Below, piece after piece: positions 16,881 through 27,037 of a DNA stretch of 53,319 nucleotides; the first letter of the stretch is position 1; each line of letters opens with the position of its first letter. The stretch is taken from assembly GCA_045661145.1 (NCBI GenBank), contig JAZRFC010000060.1, positions 1-53,319 on the forward strand. The letters are read 5' to 3'. This DNA is from Clostridia bacterium (GTDB taxonomy: Bacteria; Bacillota; Clostridia; UMGS1883). The notes under the pieces were generated by a model. That model was not told the DNA's origin. It made no database searches and saw nothing but the letters and a program-made list of their open reading frames with translations. Made by a program: the position numbers and the translations under genes.

Positions 16881-19064
16881 ATGAATGAGCTTTTAAATAA
16901 GTTAAATACACAGCAGAGAGAGGCCGTTGAGTATATCAACGGTCCTCTTCTGGTATTAGCAGGTGCAGGAAGCGGTAAGACGAGAGTGCTTACCCACCGC
17001 ATTGCATATATGATACACGAAAAGGGAATATCCCCATGGAACATCCTTGCAATTACCTTTACTAATAAGGCGGCACGGGAAATGCTTGACAGAGTAGAAA
17101 AGCTTGTGGGTGCCGATGCCAATGATATGTGGGTAAGGACATTTCACTCCGCTTGTGTGCGTATTCTCCGCCGTGATATTGACAGACTCGGCTACGATAC
17201 AAGATTTAATATTATAGATACAGACGACCAGAAATCTTTGGTTAAGGAATGTTTAAAAGAACTCGGGCTTGAAGAAAAACAGCTCCCACCAAGGAGTGTA
17301 ATGAGTGAGATTTCCTTTGCCAAGGACAATCTCATAACACCTGCAGAGTATATGCTTGACTTTGCAGACGATTACAGAAAAAAGCAGATTGCAAAGGTTT
17401 ATGCCCTCTATCAAGAGAAGCTTAAAACGGCAAACGACCTTGATTTTGACGACCTCATTATGCTGACAGTCAAGCTCTTTCAGGAAAATGAGGATGTCTT
17501 AGAATTTTACAGAAACAAATTTAAGTTTATCCTTGTTGATGAGTATCAGGATACCAACAAGGCACAAAACGAGCTTATAATTCTTCTGGCAGGAGCGCAC
17601 CGCACCCTCTGTGTTGTAGGTGCTGACGATCAGAGTATATATAAATTCCGCGGTGCGGATATTACAAACATTCTTGACTTTGAAAAGGCTTTTCCCGAAA
17701 CTAGGACAATCCGACTTGAACAGAATTACCGTTCAACGGAAAACATTCTCAATGCTGCAAACAATGTTATAAAAAACAACTACGGCAGAAAAGGGAAGAA
17801 GCTCTGGACAGATAAAGGCAAGGGGAACAAAATTTCCGTTTATAAGGCGCAAAATGAACACGATGAAGCGTCCTACATAGCTGAAACAATGTCAGCTCTT
17901 TCACGTGACGGTTACAGTTATAACAATATGGCGGTGCTTTACAGGGCGAATGCTACCTCCCGTGTGCTTGAAGAAGTTTTTATGCGTAAAGCAATTCCGT
18001 ACAGAGTTTTATCGGGACTTCGTTTCTATGACAGAAAAGAAATCCGTGATATGATTGCATACCTCCGTCTTATAAAAAATAATGACGACGATATAAGCCT
18101 CAGGCGTATTATAAATACACCCTCAAGAAAAATCGGTAAGGTAACTCTTGATAAAATTTCTGCGGCGGCTCAGCGTGAAAATTGTAGTATGCTTAAAGCA
18201 ATAGGGTCTCACCGTGATACTCTAGGAAACTCAGTTGCAGAGTTTTATGATACCATTGCTTACCTTTGCGGTTTTGAAAGGGAAAATAAAATCAGTGACC
18301 TTGTAAATGAAGTGTTTGAAAAAACGGGCTACCGCAAATTTCTTGAAACCGATGAAAAGGGGGAAGAGCGTACAGATAATGTGTACGAGCTTATAAACGG
18401 TGCCGCAAATTACGAAGACAATAACGAAGAAGCTACGTTTCAGGATTATATGGATAATCTTGCACTCATAAGTGACATAGATAATTATGATGAAGAGCTT
18501 GATGCCGCAATATTTATGACAATGCACGCGGCAAAGGGTCTTGAATTTCCCATAGTATTCCTTTGTGGCTTTGATGAGGGTATATTCCCAAATATGGCAA
18601 GCTGTTACAGTAGTGAGGAACTTGAAGAAGAAAGAAGACTTTGTTATGTAGGTATTACCCGTGCACAGGAAATGCTTCATATAACAACCGCAAACAGCAG
18701 AATGCTCTACGGAAAAACTTCCCCATACAGACCCTCAAGATTCCTTGATGAAATCCCCAATGAACTTCTGGATGTAACAGATAACACCCCCAAGGTGAAT
18801 GACAGTTGGCTTGCGAAAACAGAAAGCTATTCATATTCAGCCGCTTCGGAAAGCTCTCTTTTTGCAAAGAGTACAACTACGCAGGTTAAATCAAGCGGTG
18901 AAACATTCCGACCGGGCGATACAGTGACTCACAAGAAATTTGGACGGGGAATTATAATTGATGCAACTCCCGTGGGAAATGACATACATTACGAAATAGC
19001 ATTTGAAAGCGTAGGTACCAAGAATCTTCTCGGTCTTTACGCAAAACTTCAAAGGTGTGATTAA
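16881..19064 (+). CDS. pcrA: ATP-dependent DNA helicase PcrA (UvrD/REP family)
   Basis: AGAGSGKT, VDEYQD, QSIYKFRGA, LEQNYRST, MHAAKGLEF, EERRLCYVGITRA, C-terminal Tudor-like domain. Confidence 0.96.
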   Translation: MNELLNKLNTQQREAVEYINGPLLVLAGAGSGKTRVLTHRIAYMIHEKGISPWNILAITFTNKAAREMLDRVEKLVGADANDMWVRTFHSACVRILRRDIDRLGYDTRFNIIDTDDQKSLVKECLKELGLEEKQLPPRSVMSEISFAKDNLITPAEYMLDFADDYRKKQIAKVYALYQEKLKTANDLDFDDLIMLTVKLFQENEDVLEFYRNKFKFILVDEYQDTNKAQNELIILLAGAHRTLCVVGADDQSIYKFRGADITNILDFEKAFPETRTIRLEQNYRSTENILNAANNVIKNNYGRKGKKLWTDKGKGNKISVYKAQNEHDEASYIAETMSALSRDGYSYNNMAVLYRANATSRVLEEVFMRKAIPYRVLSGLRFYDRKEIRDMIAYLRLIKNNDDDISLRRIINTPSRKIGKVTLDKISAAAQRENCSMLKAIGSHRDTLGNSVAEFYDTIAYLCGFERENKISDLVNEVFEKTGYRKFLETDEKGEERTDNVYELINGAANYEDNNEEATFQDYMDNLALISDIDNYDEELDAAIFMTMHAAKGLEFPIVFLCGFDEGIFPNMASCYSSEELEEERRLCYVGITRAQEMLHITTANSRMLYGKTSPYRPSRFLDEIPNELLDVTDNTPKVNDSWLAKTESYSYSAASESSLFAKSTTTQVKSSGETFRPGDTVTHKKFGRGIIIDATPVGNDIHYEIAFESVGTKNLLGLYAKLQRCD

Positions 19065-19066
19065 CT

Positions 19067-19804
19067 ATGTATAACGATTTTGCTTATATCTACGACAAAC
19101 TTATTAATGATGTGGATTATAAGGAATGGGCAGATTACTACTTTAAAATATTTCAAAGATATGGCCTCAGTCCCAAATTGGGGCTTGACCTTGGTTGCGG
19201 TACGGGAAATCTTACGGTAGAGCTTTCAAAACGTGGTATCGAAATGACAGGCGTTGACCTTTCCGAGGATATGCTGATGGTTGCCCGTGAAAAGTCCGAT
19301 GGGTTAGATATTCTCTACCTTAATCAGGATATGACGGAGTTTGAACTCTACGGTACGGTGGATTTTATCGTTTCCAGCCTAGACTGTATCAATTACATAA
19401 CCGACAAGAGGGATTTGCTTAAGGTTATGAAACTTGCAAACAACTATCTTGAACCTGGCGGACTTTTTATCTTTGACATAAATACCTGTCATAAGCTTGA
19501 AAATGTTATAGGTGACAACACCTTTATTTTAGAGGATGATGACTGCTTCTGCTCCTGGCAGAACGAATACGACAAAAAGAGAGGGTTAAGCGATTTTTAC
19601 CTGACTTTCTTTATGAAAAACGGGGAAAGCTATACAAGATTTGACGAGCATCATACCGAGCGCGCCTATGAAATTGAGGAAATAAAGGCACTTATAAAAA
19701 GCTCGGGAATGCGCCTTTTGAAGGTATACCATAACCTCAGCTTTGAAAACCCGAAGAAAAACAGCGAGAGAGTATTTTTTGTAGCACAGGAACAGGGGAA
19801 ATAA
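19067..19804 (+). CDS. Class I SAM-dependent methyltransferase (YqeM-like)
   Basis: LDLGCGTG, GVDLSEDML, QDMTEF, GGLFIFD. Confidence 0.88.
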   Translation: MYNDFAYIYDKLINDVDYKEWADYYFKIFQRYGLSPKLGLDLGCGTGNLTVELSKRGIEMTGVDLSEDMLMVAREKSDGLDILYLNQDMTEFELYGTVDFIVSSLDCINYITDKRDLLKVMKLANNYLEPGGLFIFDINTCHKLENVIGDNTFILEDDDCFCSWQNEYDKKRGLSDFYLTFFMKNGESYTRFDEHHTERAYEIEEIKALIKSSGMRLLKVYHNLSFENPKKNSERVFFVAQEQGK

Positions 19805-19806
19805 GT

Positions 19807-21036
19807 ATGATAATCGTAATAGGCGGCGGTGCAGCAGGTATGCTTGCTTCCGTACGGGCGGCAGAAAAGGGCGCATCGGTGACACTTATTGAACGAAATA
19901 ATGATGTGGGGAAGAAAATAAGAATTACCGGCAAGGGCAGGTGCAATGTTACAAACGCCTGCGCTACCGAGGAAATCTTTGAAAACATTCCCACAAACCA
20001 CAGATTTTTATACAGCGCAATATATAGCTTTACAAACTATGATGTGATGAGCTTCTTTGAAGAGTGCGGAGTCCCTCTTAAAGAAGAGCGAGGTCAGCGT
20101 GTCTTTCCCGTAAGTGATAAAGCGGCAGATATTGTATCGGCACTCAGACGGAAAATGCAGGAACTTAATGTCAATGTAGTAAACGGTAGAGTTACGGACA
20201 TTATGGTAGCTGACGGAAAAGTCAAGGGTGTAAAAACTGAAAAATCCACCTATTTCTGCGACAGCGTAATTATAGCAACCGGCGGAAAGAGTTACCCACT
20301 TACAGGCTCTACGGGAGACGGGTACGAAATGGCTGAAAAGCTCGGGCACAGTATAAAACCCATCAAACCTGCTCTTGTACCCGTTGAAACGAAGGAAAGT
20401 ACGAAAGAGCTTATGGGACTTTCGCTCAGGAATATTTCCGTAACTGTTTTTGACTCCAAGGGAAAGAAAAAATTCTCCGATTTCGGGGAAATGCTCTTTA
20501 CCCACTTCGGACTCACAGGTCCCGTGATACTTTCATCGAGCAGTCATATGGGAGAAAATCCCGAAGATTGCCGTATAGAAATCGACTTAAAACCTGCTCT
20601 TGACGAGCAGACCTTGGATAAGAGAATACTAAGGGATTTTGAAAAGTACCAGAACAGAAACTTTGAAAATTCTCTCTCCGATTTACTTCCGAACAAAATG
20701 ATTGAATACATTGTGGGAAAATCTGGTATAGACAGATACAAGAAAGTAAACAGCATTACAAAGGATGAGAGAAAGACACTTCTGGGCCTTTTAAAACACC
20801 TTGCATTTACCGTTAAAGGTTATCGACCCGTAGCGGAGGCAATAGTAACCTCGGGCGGTGTGAATGTAAAGGAAATAAACGCATCAACAATGGAAAGTAA
20901 ACTTGTGCAGGGCTTATACTTTGCAGGAGAGGTTATAGATGTTGATGCATACACCGGCGGCTTTAATCTGCAGATAGCATTTTCTACGGGCTACCTTGCA
21001 GGCGATTGCGCCGCAGAAAAGGAGCTTTCAGTATGA
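19807..21036 (+). CDS. HI0933/YhiN family flavoprotein oxidoreductase
   Basis: GGGAAG, GKKIRITGKGRCNVTN, ATGGKSYP.TGSTGDG, TGGFNLQIA. Confidence 0.92.
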   Translation: MIIVIGGGAAGMLASVRAAEKGASVTLIERNNDVGKKIRITGKGRCNVTNACATEEIFENIPTNHRFLYSAIYSFTNYDVMSFFEECGVPLKEERGQRVFPVSDKAADIVSALRRKMQELNVNVVNGRVTDIMVADGKVKGVKTEKSTYFCDSVIIATGGKSYPLTGSTGDGYEMAEKLGHSIKPIKPALVPVETKESTKELMGLSLRNISVTVFDSKGKKKFSDFGEMLFTHFGLTGPVILSSSSHMGENPEDCRIEIDLKPALDEQTLDKRILRDFEKYQNRNFENSLSDLLPNKMIEYIVGKSGIDRYKKVNSITKDERKTLLGLLKHLAFTVKGYRPVAEAIVTSGGVNVKEINASTMESKLVQGLYFAGEVIDVDAYTGGFNLQIAFSTGYLAGDCAAEKELSV

Positions 21037-21698
21037 CAAAAATAGCAATTGACGGACCTGCAGGTGCAGGGAAGAGCAGTATCTCGAAAAAGGTTGCAAA
21101 GGCACTCGGCTACATCTATATCGATACGGGTGCAATGTACCGCACAGTAGGTCTTAAAGCGGTAAGATGCGGAATTGATACTAAGGACAGCGAGGGTGTG
21201 GCATCAATCCTCCCCGAACTTGATATTGACATCAGACACGAGGGTGTTGAACAGCATATTTTCCTCGACGGGGAAAATGTTTCGGACAAAATCCGTACCC
21301 CTGAAATTTCAATGGCGGCAAGTAATGTTTCAGCTATTCCTGCCGTAAGAGTAGCGCTTGTAGACCTTCAGCGAAAGCTTGCCGAGAATCATGATGTTGT
21401 GATGGACGGCAGAGATATAGGAAGCTTTGTCCTTCCTGATGCAGAGGTCAAGATTTTCCTTACCGCATCCGTAGATGCTCGTGCTCAAAGACGATACAAG
21501 GAGCTTTTGGAAAAAGGCGAAACGGTGGATTTTGAAGCTGTAAGGGAGGATATGATTATCCGTGATGAGCAGGATTCCACCCGTGCAGTATCACCCCTTG
21601 TAGTGGCAGACGGTGCTACGGTAATAGATACCTCAGCACTTAACTTTGAAGAATCAGTAAACGCAGTTATTGAACATATAAGGAGTAACATAAGATGA
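21033..21698 (+). CDS. cmk: Cytidylate kinase
   Basis: IAIDGPAGAGKS, DTGAMYR, VMDGRDIG, RDEQDSTR. Confidence 0.96.
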   Translation: MTKIAIDGPAGAGKSSISKKVAKALGYIYIDTGAMYRTVGLKAVRCGIDTKDSEGVASILPELDIDIRHEGVEQHIFLDGENVSDKIRTPEISMAASNVSAIPAVRVALVDLQRKLAENHDVVMDGRDIGSFVLPDAEVKIFLTASVDARAQRRYKELLEKGETVDFEAVREDMIIRDEQDSTRAVSPLVVADGATVIDTSALNFEESVNAVIEHIRSNIR

Positions 21699-22264
21699 AT
21701 TTTTACACAATTGCAGTTAACATAGTGCACGTAATAATGAAGGTATTTCTGCTTTTTAAGGTGAAAGGTAAGGAGAATATTCCCGAAGAAGGCGCCTTTC
21801 TTCTGTGCTCCAACCACCGCTCCTATAAAGACCCGATATTTATTGCGGCAGGATGTAAGCGTCAGCTCACATTTATGTCAAAGGAAGAACTTTTTAAAAA
21901 ACCCGTTTTAGGCTGGCTCATAAAATCTCTGGGTGCATTTCCTATAAGGCGTGGAAAAGGTGATGCCGCAGCTGTAATGGCAACACTTAAAATAATGAAA
22001 AAGGGAGGGGCAACCCTCATTTTTCCCGAGGGAACAAGAATGAAAAAAGGGGAGAGGAAGCAGATAAATTCAGGTATTGTCCGTCTTGCAATTCAGTGTA
22101 ATGTGCCCATTGTTCCTGCATATCTTACATGGAATTCTGTTACATATGGTAAACCCATAAATTATGATGAATACACAGAAAGTGTCCACGACGGTGATGT
22201 GATGCAATCTCTTGCTGACGGACTTATGGATACAATATACACTTTGGGTGAAAAGAATGAGTAA
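21695..22264 (+). CDS. plsC: 1-acyl-sn-glycerol-3-phosphate acyltransferase
   Basis: SNHRSYKDP (HX4D), GAFPIRRG, IFPEGTR. Confidence 0.9.
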   Translation: MNFYTIAVNIVHVIMKVFLLFKVKGKENIPEEGAFLLCSNHRSYKDPIFIAAGCKRQLTFMSKEELFKKPVLGWLIKSLGAFPIRRGKGDAAAVMATLKIMKKGGATLIFPEGTRMKKGERKQINSGIVRLAIQCNVPIVPAYLTWNSVTYGKPINYDEYTESVHDGDVMQSLADGLMDTIYTLGEKNE

Positions 22265-24254
22265 AACAGTAAAAATTGCGGAAAAGGCAGGCTTCTGCTT
22301 TGGAGTCAGCCGTGCCGTAAAGATAACACAAGAGGGTATTGACAATGGTAAAAAGATTGCAACCCTCGGACCTATTATTCATAACAGTGCTGTGGTAGAG
22401 TCTTTTAACAGCCAAGGTGCAAGAATAATAGAAAGTCCCTCGGATGTCCTTCCGGGAGAAACAGTTATAATACGTAGCCACGGCATCAAAAAAAGTGAGC
22501 AGGAAATTCTGGAGAAAAACGGCATTCAGTTTATTGATGCAACCTGCCCCTTTGTAAAGAAAATTCACAATATTGTTGCCGAAGCCTATGAAAATAAATA
22601 TGATATTGTTATTATAGGCGATAAAAACCATCCCGAGGTTATCGGAATCAACGGGTGGTGCGAAGACAGTGCAACTGTCATTGATAGCGAAGAACAAGCT
22701 CGAAAATTAGAGTTTCAAGCTGAAAAAACAGTATATGTTGTAGCACAAACTACATTTGAACGCGAATTATGGAAAAAAATTACGAAAATTATAAAAAACA
22801 CTTGCCAAAGTGCCATAGTTTTTGATACAATATGTAGTGCTACGAATGAACGACAAAAATATGCAGCTGAGCTTGCAAAAGTCAGCGATGTATTTGTTGT
22901 CGTCGGCGGTAAACACAGCTCCAATACCAAGAAGCTGTATGATATTGCCGCACCGCTTTCAAACCATACTTTTTTGGTTGAGGAGGCAGGTGAACTGCCT
23001 AAAGGTATTATGTCCCTTGGCAATTCGTTCGGTATAACCGCCGGTGCATCAACACCGGAGCATATAATTAAGGAGGTTTTGGAAACCATGGTAGAAGAAA
23101 AAAACACTAATATTCAAGGAAATGGAGAGCCCACATTTGCCGAGGCGTTTGAACAATCCCTCGTCACTTTAAATACAGGACAGGTTGTAAGTGGCACAGT
23201 TATCAGCATTACTCCCACAGAAGTGTATGTAGATCTCGGCTACAAGGCTGACGGTATCATCCCTGCGGACGAGCTTACAGATGACCCTTCTGCAAACCCT
23301 GCTGACATTGTTAAGGTTGGCGACGAAGTAGAAGTGTTTGTTGTAAGAGTAAATGACGGTGAGGGCTATGTTAAGCTTTCCAAGAAGAAGATTGATGCAA
23401 TCAAGGGTTGGCAGACAATCGAAGCAGCTTACGAGTCCGGCGAAATCCTTACAGGTAAGATTGTAGAGAATGTTAACCGCGGTGTAATCGCTCTTGTTAA
23501 CGGCTCAAGAATCTTTATCCCCGCTTCAATGGCAAGCGAAAGATTTATGAAGGACCTTCAGCCCCTCGTTGGTACTGAAGCAAGCTTCAAGATTGTAAAC
23601 ATCCGTGACGACAGACGCGGCAAGAAGGCAATCGGTTCCATCAAGGTTGTTGCTCAGGCAGAGCGTGCTGAAAAGGCAGCAGCATTTATGGCTGATGTAG
23701 AAGAGGGTAAGGTTTACACAGGTACTGTTAAGACTCTTACAGACTTCGGTGCATTTGTTGACCTCGGCGGCGTAGATGGTCTTATCCCGATTTCTCAGCT
23801 CAGCTGGCAGAGAATCAAACATCCCTCCGAAGTTGTTAAGGTTGGCGATCAGGTAGAAGTTTCAATTCTCAAGGTTGACAAGGAAGCTCAGAAGATTTCT
23901 CTCGGCTACAAGAAGATTGAAGACAATCCCTGGGAAATTGCAAAGAGAACATTCAACGAAGGTGACGTTGTAAACGTAAAGGTTGTTCGTCTTGTTCCTT
24001 TCGGTGCATTTGTTGAACTTATTCCCGGAATTGACGGTCTTATTCACATTTCCCAGATTGCTAATAAGAGAATCGGCAAACCCGAAGATGTTCTCACAGT
24101 TGGCGAAATGGTAGACGCTAAGATTACAGAAATTAAGTGGGATGAAAAGAAGATTGGTCTTTCCATCCGTGAACTTCTTGCTCCTGAAGCACCTCAGGAA
24201 GAAGTAGCAGAAGAAGCTCCTGCAGAGGAAGCTCCCGAAGCAACAGAAGAATAA
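22257..24254 (+). CDS. ispH: Fused 4-hydroxy-3-methylbut-2-enyl diphosphate reductase / 30S ribosomal protein S1
   Basis: GFCFGV, DATCPFV and DTICSAT Fe-S cysteines, GITAGASTP, then about four S1 repeats (FGAFVDLGGVDGLI, FGAFVELIPGIDGLIH). Confidence 0.95.
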   Translation: MSKTVKIAEKAGFCFGVSRAVKITQEGIDNGKKIATLGPIIHNSAVVESFNSQGARIIESPSDVLPGETVIIRSHGIKKSEQEILEKNGIQFIDATCPFVKKIHNIVAEAYENKYDIVIIGDKNHPEVIGINGWCEDSATVIDSEEQARKLEFQAEKTVYVVAQTTFERELWKKITKIIKNTCQSAIVFDTICSATNERQKYAAELAKVSDVFVVVGGKHSSNTKKLYDIAAPLSNHTFLVEEAGELPKGIMSLGNSFGITAGASTPEHIIKEVLETMVEEKNTNIQGNGEPTFAEAFEQSLVTLNTGQVVSGTVISITPTEVYVDLGYKADGIIPADELTDDPSANPADIVKVGDEVEVFVVRVNDGEGYVKLSKKKIDAIKGWQTIEAAYESGEILTGKIVENVNRGVIALVNGSRIFIPASMASERFMKDLQPLVGTEASFKIVNIRDDRRGKKAIGSIKVVAQAERAEKAAAFMADVEEGKVYTGTVKTLTDFGAFVDLGGVDGLIPISQLSWQRIKHPSEVVKVGDQVEVSILKVDKEAQKISLGYKKIEDNPWEIAKRTFNEGDVVNVKVVRLVPFGAFVELIPGIDGLIHISQIANKRIGKPEDVLTVGEMVDAKITEIKWDEKKIGLSIRELLAPEAPQEEVAEEAPAEEAPEATEE

Positions 24255-24264
24255 TCCATAAACG

Positions 24265-24299
24265 AAAAAGCCTTGATGTTTTTACATCAGGGCTTTTTT
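24265..24299. terminator. Bidirectional terminator
   Basis: aaaaagccttgatgt...acatcagggctttttt between convergent genes; overlaps the end of the sfp-like gene. Confidence 0.85.
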
Positions 24300-24904
24300 G
24301 CTATATGAAGAACATATTCGTCTGTCTCAACTTTTGTTTTCGGGAAATCCAGCGAAAGTGATTTCAGTTTCCCTAAATCAGTAATTCCGGTCCCGATACA
24401 TTTAAGATATGCCTCTTTGGCAGTCCATATTTCAAAAAAACGGTGCAATATATCAGTGCTTGCATCTTGGCTGTATTCTGAATTGTCGGGAATATGTCCA
24501 AATATATATGATAATTCTTTATCGTTGCAAATCCTTTTTGCCAGCTTTAAAGTAATAGGCCGTACAACTTCTATATCAACCCCAACTTCTTGGTCGGAAA
24601 TGACAGCAGCTACTATACCACCGCTGTGACTGATGTTAAAATATAAATCAGGCTGATTTTCGCAAAACAGCTTTCCGTTTTTATCTGCCGATATAATAAA
24701 GGATTCTTTTGCTTTCCCACTTGCATCAGAGAGTAATTGCCTTACCAACAATTCACCTGCGAGTGTGCATTTTTTTGTGTCTTCATCTTTATATCTGATA
24801 ACTTTTTCTTTTCTCAAAGAAGTCATATAAGAAAAACTTTCTTTATAATCCTGCTTAGAAAAATCATATAGGTTTTTTATAATGTATTTAAGCACCTGTA
24901 ACAT
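24287..24904 (-). CDS. Sfp-type 4'-phosphopantetheinyl transferase
   Basis: FNISHSG, VGVDIE and WTAKEAYLKCIGTGI motifs. Confidence 0.88.
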   Translation of the reverse strand: MLQVLKYIIKNLYDFSKQDYKESFSYMTSLRKEKVIRYKDEDTKKCTLAGELLVRQLLSDASGKAKESFIISADKNGKLFCENQPDLYFNISHSGGIVAAVISDQEVGVDIEVVRPITLKLAKRICNDKELSYIFGHIPDNSEYSQDASTDILHRFFEIWTAKEAYLKCIGTGITDLGKLKSLSLDFPKTKVETDEYVLHIAKKP

Positions 24905-25019
24905 CCTTTTAAAATAATTTCTTTCTATTCAATTATATTAAATAAATATAAGTTTTTCAATATATAATAGAATATGATGTGAAAAAAATGCTGTCAATTA
25001 ATGTTTTTTGTAAATTCCA

Positions 25020-25048
25020 TTGAAATTTAAATTGTTTTGTTGTACAAT
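25020..25048 (+). promoter_or_regulatory. Putative sigma-A promoter for mntP
   Basis: TTGAAA-17 nt-TACAAT. Confidence 0.6.
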
Positions 25049-25079
25049 ATTTTAGTATTACGTATCCGGGAGATAAATT

Positions 25080-25661
25080 ATGAACTTAGCATTTTTTATT
25101 GAAAACTTTTTACTTGGTGTAGGCTTGGCGATGGATGCTTTCTCAGTTTCCTTGGTGAACGGAATAAGTGAACCTTGTATGAAAAAGAAGAAAGTAATAA
25201 CAATTGCTTTGGTATTTGCGATTTTTCAGGCTGTAATGCCCCTTATCGGTTGGCTTTGTGTACATACTATTGTTGATAAGTTTGAAGCTTTCAGACCGTT
25301 CATTCCCTGGATTGCATTTTTACTTCTGTTATATATTGGCGGAGGGATGATAAAGGACGGGATAAAGGCAGAGGAAACTTCGGAATTATGTAAACAGAAA
25401 ATAGGATTTACAGCTCTCATTATTCAGGGTATAGCCACATCAATAGATGCTCTTTCCGTAGGATTTACTTTGGCTACATATAATGTGATTTTGGCATTGA
25501 CTGCCGCTACCGTAATTGCCGCCGTTACATTTGTAATATGCTCTGGTGGTGTGGTTATAGGAAAACGATTCGGTACATATCTGTCAAATAAATCTCTGAT
25601 TCTCGGAGGTTCTATCCTATTGTTTATAGGCGTTGAAATTTTAATAAAAGGAATTATATAA
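25080..25661 (+). CDS. mntP: Manganese efflux pump MntP family
   Basis: GLAMDAFSVS and ATSIDALSVG duplicated motifs; six TM segments. Confidence 0.9.
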   Translation: MNLAFFIENFLLGVGLAMDAFSVSLVNGISEPCMKKKKVITIALVFAIFQAVMPLIGWLCVHTIVDKFEAFRPFIPWIAFLLLLYIGGGMIKDGIKAEETSELCKQKIGFTALIIQGIATSIDALSVGFTLATYNVILALTAATVIAAVTFVICSGGVVIGKRFGTYLSNKSLILGGSILLFIGVEILIKGII

Positions 25662-25662
25662 G

Positions 25663-25694
25663 AAAAAGCTTATCCATTAAGGATAAGCTTTTTT
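25663..25694. terminator. Bidirectional terminator
   Basis: aaaaagcttatcc-attaa-ggataagctttttt. Confidence 0.88.
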
Positions 25695-25697
25695 GCT

Positions 25698-26585
25698 TTA
25701 GTCTTTAAAAAGTTCTTTGCAGGAAGAAGCAAGTCCTGCTAAGGATTGTATCTCGGAGGGAATAATAATTTTTGTTGCCTGCCCGTCAGCAACCTTTTCC
25801 ATTGTTTCAAGAGACTTTATTGCAACATAGGACTGAGACGGATTTGCTTCGTTGATTTTTCTTATACCCTCGGCAATAGCTGTCTGTACGGCAATAATTG
25901 CCTCAGCCTCACCCTCAGCCTCACGGATTGCAGACTGCTTTTTAGCCTCTGCACGAAGAATTGCAGATTCTTTTTCACCTTCAGCCATAAGAATTGATGA
26001 ACGTTTTTCACCTTCTGCACGGAGAATAGCTTCACGGCGTTCACGTTCTGCCTTCATCTGCTTTTCCATTGCATTCTGAATTTCCTTGGGAGGAATGATG
26101 TTTTTAAGCTCTACACGGTTGATTTTAATACCCCACGGGTCAGTTGCTTCATCAAGAATTGCACGCATCTTTGTATTAACGGTATCTCTCGATGTAAGTG
26201 TTCCGTCAAGGTCAAGGTCACCTATAATATTACGGAGAGTTGTTGCTGTAAGATTTTCAATTGCCATCATAGGTCTTTCCACGCCATATGTGTAAAGCTT
26301 GGGGTCAGTAATCTGAAAATAGATTACTGTATCAATCTGCATAGAAACATTATCCTTCGTAATAACCGGCTGGGGAGGGAAGTCAACAACCTGTTCCTTG
26401 AGATTAACCCTTTTGGAAATACGGTCAATAAAAGGAACCTTAATATGAAGTCCAACGCTCCAGGTTGTGTAGTAGCCGCCCAATCGTTCAATGACGTAAG
26501 AATAAGCCTGGGGGACAATTTTGATGTTTGAGATAATCAAAACCAAAACAATAAAAACAAGAAATAGTACCAAATTAAATTCCAT
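25698..26585 (-). CDS. SPFH/band 7 (paraslipin/QmcA-like) membrane protein
   Basis: N-terminal TM, VITKDNV, TTLRNIIG, WGIKINRVE, and AEGEK 11-residue repeats in the coiled coil. Confidence 0.93.
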   Translation of the reverse strand: MEFNLVLFLVFIVLVLIISNIKIVPQAYSYVIERLGGYYTTWSVGLHIKVPFIDRISKRVNLKEQVVDFPPQPVITKDNVSMQIDTVIYFQITDPKLYTYGVERPMMAIENLTATTLRNIIGDLDLDGTLTSRDTVNTKMRAILDEATDPWGIKINRVELKNIIPPKEIQNAMEKQMKAERERREAILRAEGEKRSSILMAEGEKESAILRAEAKKQSAIREAEGEAEAIIAVQTAIAEGIRKINEANPSQSYVAIKSLETMEKVADGQATKIIIPSEIQSLAGLASSCKELFKD

Positions 26586-26600
26586 AATATTCTCCCTTTC

Positions 26601-27026
26601 TTATTTAATTTCTTCTACTATTAACTTTACACCATCAATTTCTTTTACAGTTACATGTGCTTCTTTGGGAATAGCATCTCCTGATACGCTTCTTGCACTC
26701 CACTCGAGTCCTCGTATTTTAACTGAACCTTTTGCATTTATGTTGGAAATTTCCTCTGTTACAACGGCGGACTGACCGATGAGTGCATCCGCATTTGTTT
26801 TAGCATTAGGAGTGGTCCTAAGCTTCTTTACAAATTTTTTTGTAAATATTAAGAGAACTGCAGATACAAGAACAAATACAACTGTTTGAACTGTTTTATT
26901 TAGATTCAGCAAGGCGCAGACAAAAGCCGCTAATGAACCGCCTGCAAACCATATGCATATAAACTGTGTTGTAGCAATTTCAAGTACAATCAATGCTACG
27001 AGCAGGATTAACCATAGTATTTCCAT
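26601..27026 (-). CDS. NfeD family protein (short form)
   Basis: Three TM segments plus OB-fold with GLEWSARS; GAGGTG RBS before ATG 27026; adjacent to SPFH. Confidence 0.9.
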   Translation of the reverse strand: MEILWLILLVALIVLEIATTQFICIWFAGGSLAAFVCALLNLNKTVQTVVFVLVSAVLLIFTKKFVKKLRTTPNAKTNADALIGQSAVVTEEISNINAKGSVKIRGLEWSARSVSGDAIPKEAHVTVKEIDGVKLIVEEIK

Positions 27027-27037
27027 AAATATCACCT

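Noticed and set aside
25049-25079. yybP-ykoY manganese riboswitch expected upstream of mntP
   Set aside because: Only ~25-30 nt between the promoter and the start codon, and no aptamer motifs seen.
25920-26050. Repeated ttttcaccttc/gcctcacc words suggesting a DNA repeat
   Set aside because: These encode the ordinary AEGEK 11-residue coiled-coil repeats of SPFH proteins.
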